The notes under the pieces were generated by a model. That model saw only the letters and a program-made list of their open reading frames with translations, made no database searches and was not told the origin of the DNA. A program made the position numbers and the translations under genes. Shown piece after piece: positions 19,415-27,512 of a stretch of DNA of 61,375 bases. The DNA is taken from contig JAFDDT010000004.1 in NCBI GenBank assembly GCA_019310725.1, positions 1 to 61,375 of the forward strand, in the 5' to 3' direction. Numbering within the stretch: position 1 is the first letter of the stretch; each line of letters starts with the position of its first letter. Source of the stretch: Deltaproteobacteria bacterium. Its GTDB lineage: Bacteria > Desulfobacterota > DSM-4660 > Desulfatiglandales > B25-G16.

Positions 19415-20467
19415 TTAAAACCCTGCCACATAGCACACTATCCCTGCCACCAGCCCGACAACAAAATTAATCATCTTGACAGAAAGAAAACTCCTCTTTG
19501 ACTCTGCGAGCAAAGGAAGCATTCCGTGACCATCTTGAACAATAGAACTTGCCAGGAGAACACCAAAGGGAATTGCCCCTTGTGCAAACAGGGTAACAAA
19601 TATCATGTGTGGGCCAGATTCTGGGATAAGCCCGATAAGGCACCCAATCAACATCACAGTCAAATAATTTGCCTTTATCCAGCCTCCCAAAGCCAGGTAA
19701 TCCATCAAGAAATACATTGCCAAAAGGGCACCGAATGTCCACAGAAATACCCTTGGGATATGAACCTTCACTATATGTTCCCAAAGGTGTTCTTCAAGAA
19801 AATGCTCTGGAACCGTAGAAACAACAAAAAAGGCCAGTAATGAACTAATCAATAGTGTTACTCTCATCCAGTTCCATACTGCTGGGCCCAGCTGACCAGA
19901 AACCAATCCAGCAACAAATAACCCCAACAGAAGTATTAAAGACGCTCTTTCAAGACTAAGATTCCTATATTGATTCAAGATCTCACCCTTGGGATAACAA
20001 ATACATTTATCCTCTTTATGAAATTCCAGATGCCCACTCATTTTTTCTACCAACACAGAGCCTGGTTTGAATAGGGCATCGGTTATGGGACCTGCAGCAA
20101 TTCCCACTATAAAGGTAATCAGAAATAGAAGAAGGGCCTTGGCTGGAAACATGGAGAGCATAACATAGGCCTCATCCCCGCTCGTTGCAATCATCACGGT
20201 CACCAAGGCCCCAAAACTCACGATACTGTGGACATAGAGCGTGACAACTGTGAATGCACCGAGACAACCCGGTGTAGCACCCAGGAAGGCTGACAAAAGA
20301 TATTGAATCCATCTCGATTTTTGTAGTGAATTTTGCCAATCCCCTCTGGTCTGGACATTCAGGTACTCTATGATGAGCATCATCACAAAGACAAAACCGG
20401 TAATCATTAAGGCGTGTTGAAGGATTTCTATGATCATCTGCACCCTCTGCTCTATTTGGGATCTCAA
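19415..20467 (-). CDS. Polytopic membrane protein, possibly a 10-TM ArsP_2-type putative metal exporter
   Basis: About 10 hydrophobic helices across 350 aa. The family assignment is from memory of similar sequences and is weak. The TTG start at 20467 is uncertain. Confidence 0.4.
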   Translation of the reverse strand: MRSQIEQRVQMIIEILQHALMITGFVFVMMLIIEYLNVQTRGDWQNSLQKSRWIQYLLSAFLGATPGCLGAFTVVTLYVHSIVSFGALVTVMIATSGDEAYVMLSMFPAKALLLFLITFIVGIAAGPITDALFKPGSVLVEKMSGHLEFHKEDKCICYPKGEILNQYRNLSLERASLILLLGLFVAGLVSGQLGPAVWNWMRVTLLISSLLAFFVVSTVPEHFLEEHLWEHIVKVHIPRVFLWTFGALLAMYFLMDYLALGGWIKANYLTVMLIGCLIGLIPESGPHMIFVTLFAQGAIPFGVLLASSIVQDGHGMLPLLAESKRSFLSVKMINFVVGLVAGIVCYVAGF

Positions 20468-20643
20468 CTTCTTTTTCGCAGCTTGTTCAGTTCCTTCTCT
20501 TTATCCTCGATAACTGCCTCTAACTCCTCAATGACTAACATCTGTTGTGGACGGACAGAATGGGCAGGGAGGGAATCCTCTCGGTCCTTTAATTGTGCCT
20601 TCAGCTCGGCTATCTCTTTTTCCAGTTCTTCCTCTCTTCCCAT
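20464..20643 (-). CDS. Small coiled-coil protein (59 aa), absent from the >=60 aa ORF track
   Basis: My translation is MGREEELEKEIAELKAQLKDREDSLPAHSVRPQQMLVIEELEAVIEDKEKELNKLRKRS. The stop overlaps the next gene's start by 4 nt. It is co-directional with the operon. Confidence 0.5.
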   Translation of the reverse strand: MGREEELEKEIAELKAQLKDREDSLPAHSVRPQQMLVIEELEAVIEDKEKELNKLRKRS

Positions 20644-20655
20644 AACGAATGCCTT

Positions 20656-20940
20656 TCAGTCAAAAAGATCGTCTTCTTTATTGTCATCCATTCTCAACCA
20701 GATCCTAAATAGTTTTTCACCACTCTCCTCAAAGCACTTGTATCCTGTAGAATCCACTTCCTCCACCATAATCTCTCCTAACTCTCTGCATTGGGCCAGC
20801 CAGTTTTTGAAATGTTCTCCACCACCAAAGTATGCCTTTTTCCATCTTCTCCCTAGTGCGTCTGTCTTCTCTTTAACCAGTTCTTCTTCAGCCATCCTTT
20901 CCCGGATCGTCTTCCCCTCGGTGTCTCCTTGATCAGCCAT
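20656..20940 (-). CDS. Hypothetical acidic protein (94 aa)
   Basis: ORF tightly packed within the minus-strand gene string. No motif recognised. Confidence 0.45.
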   Translation of the reverse strand: MADQGDTEGKTIRERMAEEELVKEKTDALGRRWKKAYFGGGEHFKNWLAQCRELGEIMVEEVDSTGYKCFEESGEKLFRIWLRMDDNKEDDLFD

Positions 20941-21030
20941 TTGCTTCTCTTCAACCCAGATACGCTATGTATTTGACAGTTGCCTCTCCTCCCACAAACA
21001 ACGGACAATGTTGGAGGTAATCAATGCCAA

Positions 21031-21207
21031 TCAGGTCATAATACCGGTAGATTTACCCATATCCAGCTCATTGGAGCGCTTTGACCTGATCTTTGGTTTT
21101 AGCACCTCTTTAAAAAACCGCAGTGCCTCCTCGGCATCATTGTCCAAAAGTATAGCCTCTATCCTCATAGCCTCCTCATGCGAAAACTCAAGTACCATAT
21201 TGGCCAT
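21031..21207 (-). CDS. Small hypothetical protein (58 aa), absent from the ORF track
   Basis: My translation is MANMVLEFSHEEAMRIEAILLDNDAEEALRFFKEVLKPKIRSKRSNELDMGKSTGIMT. A GAGGAG RBS lies about 9 nt upstream of the ATG at 21207. Confidence 0.45.
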   Translation of the reverse strand: MANMVLEFSHEEAMRIEAILLDNDAEEALRFFKEVLKPKIRSKRSNELDMGKSTGIMT

Positions 21208-21275
21208 TGCATACTTCTCCTCTTACCTGGCCATTTCCTAGCAAAGACACGAAATGGCCAGGCTACACTATATAC

Positions 21276-21491
21276 CTACCTTGTCATTGGTGCCCCACAT
21301 TTAGGACACTGAACCTCATAACACGGAGAACCCTGCTGATGGGAAACCTTGAAACCACAGTTGGGGCAAATACATTCTCCCCCTGTCCCGAGTCCACGGC
21401 CGCCCATCCTGCCACGGCCACCACCGCGTCCAAGGCCTCTCCCCGTTCCCGGGCCTCTTCCGGCAGGCCCTGTACCATCTCCTCTTGGCAT
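21276..21491 (-). CDS. DUF5320-type N-terminal motif + RG-rich linker + C-terminal zinc-ribbon (71 aa)
   Basis: It starts MPRGDGTGPAGRGPGTGRG, continues through a (G/R)-rich run, and ends CPNCG...CPKCG. Confidence 0.7.
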   Translation of the reverse strand: MPRGDGTGPAGRGPGTGRGLGRGGGRGRMGGRGLGTGGECICPNCGFKVSHQQGSPCYEVQCPKCGAPMTR

Positions 21492-21591
21492 CTAACTCAC
21501 CTCCTCTTTGATTATTATCTGATAGTTATTATATCGTGATGTACAAAATATGTATCAACAAAGACAAAATGAGTGGGCTCCATGCTCTATC

Positions 21592-22011
21592 TTACATTCC
21601 CTTCAAATTCTCGATTCTATCCAAGATACCATCAATCCGCTTTGATAATATTGTAACCTCTTTTTTCAATGATTCTAGAGAAGGAACCGGTCCTGGTCTT
21701 GAGGCAGAAATAGGTTGATAGAATCTTTGTTGGTATCCAAAAACTGGAACTCTCATTCCGACAACTTCACTTATGCTATATCCTGCCCATGGATTCTGCC
21801 TGCAACCAAAAGGGGATGCACTACCCTCTGCCACTGCCTTGGCAAATTGCCCACAATTGTCATATCCACAAAGACCACAATTCAAATGAGGTAGGATATC
21901 ATAGATCTGTCTTATTTTATCCTTATTTGTTGCTGCCACCTCTCTTCCACCTTTGTTTGCAATTACTCCAGAGCCATATAGAAATAGTTTCTCCGCCCTC
22001 TCCACACCCAC
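21592..22011 (-). CDS. RnfB-N-type putative Fe-S domain protein with C-terminal coiled coil
   Basis: LNCGLCGYDNCGQFAKAVAEGSASPFGC matches the Cx2CGx2xCx..C Fe-S domain seen in RnfB and CFeSP N-termini. The C-terminus LESLKKEVTILSKRIDGILDRIENL is a heptad coiled coil. Confidence 0.65.
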   Translation of the reverse strand: MGVERAEKLFLYGSGVIANKGGREVAATNKDKIRQIYDILPHLNCGLCGYDNCGQFAKAVAEGSASPFGCRQNPWAGYSISEVVGMRVPVFGYQQRFYQPISASRPGPVPSLESLKKEVTILSKRIDGILDRIENLKGM

Positions 22012-22041
22012 AACAGTTGATATCTGGTGTATGCTGTCGAT

Positions 22042-22581
22042 TTAACCAGCATCGTATAATTCTTTCAAGACATTGGCTAATTGCTCATTTGCTTCTTCAA
22101 TCTTTTTTACTGCCTGTAATATATGGCTGTAAGTTGCTGCATCTCCCGCGTTCTTAATCTTCTCTTCCCATTTCCTAAATTTCTCACTATGGTTTTTGTG
22201 ATGATCGATCCAGGAAGTGAGGATAACCCTAAGCCTACCCTTTCCATCAGTCGGGAATCTTTTCAGAATATCCTCAACCTTTGAACGAATCATATGTTCA
22301 GGCACTGCACCGAGAATCTCGTCAACCTTTTCGCCGTTATTGAAATACATCTGCATGGGGATGCTCACAATATTGAATTGCTGGGCAGTACGTGGATTCT
22401 CATCCACATTGATCTTGCAGAACTTGAAATCGTTATATTCCTCTGAAAGCTTATCATATATGGGTGAGACCATACGACAGGGACCACACCACGGGGCCCA
22501 AAAATCGACCTCTGTAGGAACATCTGATTCTAAAACCTCTTGCTCAAAATTGCTGTCTGTAATCTCTGCTACCTTCGTCAT
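22042..22581 (-). CDS. Thioredoxin with a ~70-aa helical C-terminal extension
   Basis: WCGPC active site in a thioredoxin fold. 179 aa. Confidence 0.85.
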   Translation of the reverse strand: MTKVAEITDSNFEQEVLESDVPTEVDFWAPWCGPCRMVSPIYDKLSEEYNDFKFCKINVDENPRTAQQFNIVSIPMQMYFNNGEKVDEILGAVPEHMIRSKVEDILKRFPTDGKGRLRVILTSWIDHHKNHSEKFRKWEEKIKNAGDAATYSHILQAVKKIEEANEQLANVLKELYDAG

Positions 22582-22717
22582 GCTACCTCCTTGAATTGGT
22601 ATTGTTAATAGGATATATGAAAACCATCTGATGAACTTTGGAGCCGTTCCTTCTGATAGGCGGCACCGAACCGAAGCTTTCGTGAAATCACTACCGGCTA
22701 TATTTTGAGATTCAGAT

Positions 22718-23314
22718 TCACCTTAGCTTCTTCCTAAAATTCATTACTCTTCCTGTCTCAATGTCCTTATTGTTATGTATTAGGATCAGGGAATACTTCT
22801 TTTCCAGATAGAAATTGGCACGCTCTATCTCATCTCTTGCCTCGGATTCTATATGTTTCGGCCAGACTGAAATAAATCCATTTGTTTTTGTGATCCTGTA
22901 AATTTCATCCATGAGTCTTCTTCTTTCATCCATCTCGGGGAAGTAGTAACGGTGAAGGACATCGAAGAGAAGGGCCACATCTACCGATTCTTCTGGTAGC
23001 TCGATCTTTGGCCCCCCGGATGAAGTTATTATTTCCATATTATTCAAACGGGCTGAGTCAGCCTTTTGCATCAGGTCTCTTAGGACATCTTTGTCTTTAT
23101 CCAGGGCATAAACCTTGCCTTTCCTACCAACTATTCTGGCCACTGGAATCGTGTAGGTGCCACAGCCACAACCAAAATCCAACACGGTCTGCCCTCTCCT
23201 AATGCCTATCCTCTGCAGTATCCGAACGGCTCTTTCATTTAAACCAATCCTCCCCCCTTCCTCATCCCTTCTGAGCTCTTTGCCATGTTCATGTGTTTCA
23301 GCATGTAACCGCAC
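22718..23314 (-). CDS. Class I SAM-dependent methyltransferase
   Basis: Motif I is VLDFGCGCGTYT. 198 aa. Confidence 0.75.
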   Translation of the reverse strand: MRLHAETHEHGKELRRDEEGGRIGLNERAVRILQRIGIRRGQTVLDFGCGCGTYTIPVARIVGRKGKVYALDKDKDVLRDLMQKADSARLNNMEIITSSGGPKIELPEESVDVALLFDVLHRYYFPEMDERRRLMDEIYRITKTNGFISVWPKHIESEARDEIERANFYLEKKYSLILIHNNKDIETGRVMNFRKKLR

Positions 23315-23415
23315 GGGATAATACCTTGTTAAGCTCTAGCCACGTACCACCTCTTCGCCCGCGGCGTGATGTAAACTTGATGATCCTCACATGAAATTTC
23401 GCCGGTGGGTATCTT

Positions 23416-23643
23416 TTAACTCGAGGCCAATTCCGGCACATCACCTTCGCCGAGGATATTGGTGATGTCCAATACTACCTTAGAATTTTCAAAGTCTACT
23501 TTGAGGACTTTACCTTTGATTACCTTCTCCTCGCCAAACATGTTTTCCATTCTTACGTATTGGTCATCAAGCTCTATGCCGACAATATTCTCCAGAATCG
23601 GCTCATCCATCTCCGTATTAGGGTATGCCTTTGCTAGACACAT
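23416..23643 (-). CDS. cooT: CooT-family small nickel-binding protein
   Basis: 75 aa beginning MCLAKAY (Cys2 is conserved in the family). It lies directly downstream of the CooC-like ATPase. Confidence 0.65.
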   Translation of the reverse strand: MCLAKAYPNTEMDEPILENIVGIELDDQYVRMENMFGEEKVIKGKVLKVDFENSKVVLDITNILGEGDVPELASS

Positions 23644-23714
23644 TTTAAAGACCCCCTTTCTCTCTAATTATTTCTATTCTTATCAATTATCATGGCCTAC
23701 TCCAGCCAGAGGAA

Positions 23715-24518
23715 CTAATGCCCTGGATTAGCTCTTGAAACAAGTGAATCCACCACATCTATAATCTCCTCACCTGCCTTTCCTTTGCCAAAGCTGACAC
23801 CTTCTAAACCGGATTGGAAAATCTCTGCATCATAATGGATACATCCGATCATTTCGATCCCTTTCGTGCCCAATTCATGCTCTAGCTTTGAGGCTATCTC
23901 ATCTGATGGAACTTTGTTAAGGATAGCCCAAATGTTATCGATCCCAATCCCACGAGAGAGGTTATTTACTCGTTCAGCGAGCTGGAGAGATTCAAAGGAA
24001 GGCTCAACCACAACAAGCACAGTATCTATGCTTGTCTCAACACCCCTGCCAAAGTGCTCCACTCCCGCTTCCATATCTACAATAGCTATTTCGTCTCTGG
24101 CGAGGCTAAGCTTCCTCAAAAATTCACGACTCAAAACCCCCATGGGGCAGGCGCAACCTTCCAGTGACTGGAGGATCTTCCCTATGCTCACCAGCCTTAG
24201 ATTATCCCTCTTAAGGATATTGTCGACGGGAATATCATCAACCATGATGTGTCCTTGGGTCATCACCCTCATTCCGGTCTCAGCCTCAGCAGCGGAATAG
24301 CCCCTTTTCATCTTTTCTTGGACCTTCTTTTTGCCACCGACAAGCTCCATGAGGGGTACAGGCGGCTGGTCAAAACCAAACATCCGAAAAAGGCCTGAAT
24401 TTGACTCATCTGAGTCCACAACTAGTACCCGGTAGCCCATTGTTCTCGCCTGATTGGCTAACAAGGTGACTATTGTACTCTTGCCGCTACCCCCTTTACC
24501 GCAAACGGATATCTTCAT
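23715..24518 (-). CDS. cooC: CooC/AcsF-type nickel-insertion ATPase (MinD/ParA superfamily)
   Basis: Deviant Walker A CGKGGSGKST and the CxC metal motif (EGCACPMG). 267 aa. Confidence 0.8.
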   Translation of the reverse strand: MKISVCGKGGSGKSTIVTLLANQARTMGYRVLVVDSDESNSGLFRMFGFDQPPVPLMELVGGKKKVQEKMKRGYSAAEAETGMRVMTQGHIMVDDIPVDNILKRDNLRLVSIGKILQSLEGCACPMGVLSREFLRKLSLARDEIAIVDMEAGVEHFGRGVETSIDTVLVVVEPSFESLQLAERVNNLSRGIGIDNIWAILNKVPSDEIASKLEHELGTKGIEMIGCIHYDAEIFQSGLEGVSFGKGKAGEEIIDVVDSLVSRANPGH

Positions 24519-24551
24519 TTAATCACCCCATGCAGAATGTATTTGCAACGA

Positions 24552-25082
24552 CTATGTTTTGACAGGCCCTTTTTGCCCCTTGTGGCTCTTTGCCTTCTGC
24601 GTGTGTACCTGCTTGATACTCACCCCAAGCACTTCACCTGTTCCTGCCCTATTGCTGACCGAATCCTTGCATTGTTCGCAGTACCCTTCCATATATAGTT
24701 CAGTTTTGGTGACGTTAAAGCCATAATCAAGCTGCACCTTCCTAATTATTTTCCGAATGAGGTTGCTATCAAACTCGATAACATTACCACAGCAACTGCA
24801 CACCAGATGCTGATGCCCAGCCAAGTCCTTTATCTCATAATAGCAGTTCACCTGCCCAAGCCTTCTCTCCTCGATAAGGCCCAAATCCTTGAATAGCCGC
24901 AGGGTGCGGTATACTGTAGCCAGGCTTATAGACTCATTTTTCCTGCTAGCACGCCTGTACAGTTCTTTGGCGCTGATATGTCCACCTGCTTTCTGGATTA
25001 GGCTTAAGAGTAACTTGCGCTGACCAGTTACCGGGCGACCTTCCATGTGGCTTTCTATGTTGCGAATGCTTCTCATTCTCAT
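24552..25082 (-). CDS. Fur-family metalloregulator (Fur/PerR/Nur-like) with N- and C-terminal extensions
   Basis: Winged-helix region ISLATVYRTLRLF, then HHLVCSCCGNVIEF and CEQC structural-zinc motifs. Confidence 0.8.
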   Translation of the reverse strand: MRMRSIRNIESHMEGRPVTGQRKLLLSLIQKAGGHISAKELYRRASRKNESISLATVYRTLRLFKDLGLIEERRLGQVNCYYEIKDLAGHQHLVCSCCGNVIEFDSNLIRKIIRKVQLDYGFNVTKTELYMEGYCEQCKDSVSNRAGTGEVLGVSIKQVHTQKAKSHKGQKGPVKT

Positions 25083-25144
25083 CTGTATTTACTAATACCC
25101 CCATCACATTCTGTCAACTATTTTCTTTAAATTTTTTGCATCAC

Positions 25145-25163
25145 GAAAATTTATCATTATTTA
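25145..25163. promoter_or_regulatory. Candidate Fur/PerR-type box in the divergent promoter region
   Basis: The sequence gaaaatttatcattattta contains TTATCATTAT, which resembles the AATCATTATC half of the Fur consensus. It lies between the fur-like gene and the trx-grx/groES genes. Confidence 0.3.
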
Positions 25164-25276
25164 GATTTTTAGACCTTGACAATTTCCAGAGAGATGATTA
25201 CCAAGAATTCATTTGCGGCTGTTATTTATTTCCCAGTTAGCAATAGAACATTTTATCTTAAGAGAGAAAAAACCCT

Positions 25277-25861
25277 ATGATAGAGGAAATACGCGATCAA
25301 AAACATTTATCGAGTCTTACGCAAAGTCATCCCGATTTTATGATGATCTTGTTTTATACTGATTCCTCAGAGAAGAGTAAGCAGACATTAGATGTCCTAG
25401 ATTCATTCCATCAGAAACATCCTGACGTTGCACTATTCAAGGTTAATGCTTCAAAGGTAAGAGACATACATCCAAGCTATGGGATAGATTCCGTTCCTAC
25501 CCTCTTGACACTGAAAAGCGGCAAACCAGTAGAATATGTCTTAGGTGCTCAGAGTGAGGACTACTATACCAGGCTGCTTAGTGGCACCCGACATCTTCCA
25601 AAAAAGCAGGTTAAAGGGCAGCACTTAAGAGTTGTAGTTTATACGTCTGACAGCTGCCCCTGGTGTAGTAAGGCAAAATCATACCTGAGAAAAAACAGCG
25701 TTCCGTTCAGCGAGGTTAATGTATCCCGCAATCCGAATGCAGCCCAGGATATTTTTCGAAGAAGCGGGCAGATGGGAACGCCGCAAATAGATATTAATAA
25801 TCATATTGTTGTGGGGTTTGATCAGCCAAAGATAGACAGGCTCTTAGGGATAAACGCATAA
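25277..25861 (+). CDS. Fusion of a degenerate thioredoxin-like domain (no CxxC) and a glutaredoxin-like domain (CPWC)
   Basis: The N-terminal Trx-fold-like region has SSEKS where CxxC would be. The C-terminal part reads VVVYTSDSCPWCSKAKSYL...GTPQI, which is glutaredoxin/YruB-like. Confidence 0.7.
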   Translation: MIEEIRDQKHLSSLTQSHPDFMMILFYTDSSEKSKQTLDVLDSFHQKHPDVALFKVNASKVRDIHPSYGIDSVPTLLTLKSGKPVEYVLGAQSEDYYTRLLSGTRHLPKKQVKGQHLRVVVYTSDSCPWCSKAKSYLRKNSVPFSEVNVSRNPNAAQDIFRRSGQMGTPQIDINNHIVVGFDQPKIDRLLGINA

Positions 25862-25885
25862 AACATTAGAGAAAGGGTGACACAG

Positions 25886-26170
25886 ATGAGAAAGATTCAG
25901 CCAATCAACAACAACCTATTAATTAAGCTGGATGAGGTCAAGGAAGATAAAACTGCTGGAGGTATAATTATACCAGATACTGCCAAGGAAAAGCCTTCAG
26001 AGGGAGAGGTGGTGGCCCTACCACCGGATTCTGATATCGGCGTATCAGTAAGCGATAGGGTTATCTACAAGAGCTTTTCAGGCACAGAGATTGCATTTGA
26101 GGGGGAAAAATATCTCCTTGTTCCATCTGATGATATTCTGGCCAAATACGTCGAGGTTGATGCCATTTAA
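25886..26170 (+). CDS. groES: Co-chaperonin GroES (Cpn10) with no adjacent groEL
   Basis: MRKIQPINNNLLIKLDE...TAGGIIIPDTAKEKPSEGEVVA is a classic Cpn10 mobile-loop region. The ATG at 25886 is preferred over the GTG at 25877. Confidence 0.85.
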   Translation: MRKIQPINNNLLIKLDEVKEDKTAGGIIIPDTAKEKPSEGEVVALPPDSDIGVSVSDRVIYKSFSGTEIAFEGEKYLLVPSDDILAKYVEVDAI

Positions 26171-26423
26171 CTCAAAGAGAGCTTAGATCTAGATCACATC
26201 TGCGAAGATTGAGCTCTGGCGCCTTTTTTTGTGCGAGCAGGGTAGAAGCATATTGAGGCTAAAACCCCCCAAGAAAAGCGTCCTGTTCGTTATCCCTGAA
26301 CATTAATCTGCTTATGAAGCTGCCTTACCCTGGCAAGGTATCATTCACGCACCGACGATGTTGTGCTCGGAACATGATAGAACAATACCATTTTACTATG
26401 ATGAATTCCCCAAGAAATAACTC

Positions 26424-27368
26424 ATGAGAGCCTTCGGACCAGTTCCATCAAGGCGATTGGGTCAAAGTTTGGGGATAAACAACATACCCCCCAAGGTTTG
26501 CACTTACTCCTGTGTCTACTGCCAAATTGGGAAAACACAACACTTGAACTGTGAGCGAGGGGCATTTTTTGAGCCAGATGATTTGGCACGCGAGGTCACA
26601 GAAAAGGTTAACGAGCTCAGAAAAAGGCAGACAAAGATAGATTATTTGAGTTTTGTTCCTGATGGGGAACCAACCCTGGATATTAACTTAGGTGAGCATG
26701 CTGAACGTATCAAGCCACTCAACATAAAGATCGCGGTCATCACGAACGGCTCTCTCATCACCATCGAGGATGTGAGAGCAGACCTGCAAAAAGCAGATTT
26801 GGTTTCATTAAAAGTCGATGCTACCAGCAGAAAAGCCTGGCTCAAAACTGATAGGCCACACAAGTCACTTGATCTCAAGGCAATACTGCAGGGGATGCTG
26901 GAATTCAGGGCAAACTTTGGCGGCGAACTGATTACCGAGACCATGCTTCTCAAAGGAATGAATGATAGTCCTGAAGAGATAAAAGGGATTACCGAGTTTC
27001 TGACCACACTCAAACCGCAAAAATCCTACATCTCTATCCCTACCAGACCAACAGCAGTTAAAGGGGTACTCCCTACCAGTGATCAGGCACTTAATTTGGC
27101 CTACCAGATCTTTAAGGAGACGCTACCCCATGTAGAATATTTAATCGGCAATGAGGGAAATGAATTCGGCTTCAGCGGTAACGTTGAAGAAGACCTGCTG
27201 AGCATCACCTCGGTTCACCCCATGAGAGAAGATGCTGTCAAGCAATACCTGAAAAAGGCAGGAGCAGATTGGGATGTAATAACCGACCTGGCAAGAAAGG
27301 GCCTATTAATAGAAGTGGAGTATCAAGGGAAAAAGTTTTACCTGAGGAAACTACCGGGGAAGGACTAG
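26424..27368 (+). CDS. Radical SAM protein (unassigned subfamily)
   Basis: GPVPSRRLGQSLGIN...CTYSCVYCQ (CxxxCxxC) at the N-terminus. 314 aa. Confidence 0.7.
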   Translation: MRAFGPVPSRRLGQSLGINNIPPKVCTYSCVYCQIGKTQHLNCERGAFFEPDDLAREVTEKVNELRKRQTKIDYLSFVPDGEPTLDINLGEHAERIKPLNIKIAVITNGSLITIEDVRADLQKADLVSLKVDATSRKAWLKTDRPHKSLDLKAILQGMLEFRANFGGELITETMLLKGMNDSPEEIKGITEFLTTLKPQKSYISIPTRPTAVKGVLPTSDQALNLAYQIFKETLPHVEYLIGNEGNEFGFSGNVEEDLLSITSVHPMREDAVKQYLKKAGADWDVITDLARKGLLIEVEYQGKKFYLRKLPGKD

Positions 27369-27473
27369 CCTATGCTCAATCTCTAATCCCCGCTTCTGGT
27401 TTCCTCTAGCGGGAGGCCTATCAAATCGAAGGGCGCGTCTCGGCGCCAGGAATCTGGCAATATGACGGTCGGA

Positions 27474-27512
27474 CATACCCGCCCGAATAGGAGCGGGTGG
27501 GTATGTTATATT
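27474..27512 (+). terminator. Candidate terminator hairpin between convergent genes
   Basis: The stem catacccgcccg / cgggtgggtatg (one G-T pair, one unpaired g at the loop edge) is followed by ttatatt. Two further GC-rich hairpins lie just upstream, at about 27388-27450. Confidence 0.4.

Noticed and set aside
20414-20932. 172-aa plus-strand ORF (Ser/Leu-rich)
   Set aside because: It runs antisense across three tightly packed minus-strand genes that have RBSs and sensible products. Its low-complexity composition is typical of a shadow ORF.
27369-27510. Independent structured ncRNA (three consecutive GC-rich hairpins)
   Set aside because: The region lies between two convergent 3' ends, and I recognised no SRP, 6S or tmRNA signature. 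The simplest reading is a set of terminator or 3'-UTR hairpins. I kept only the last hairpin, as a low-confidence terminator.
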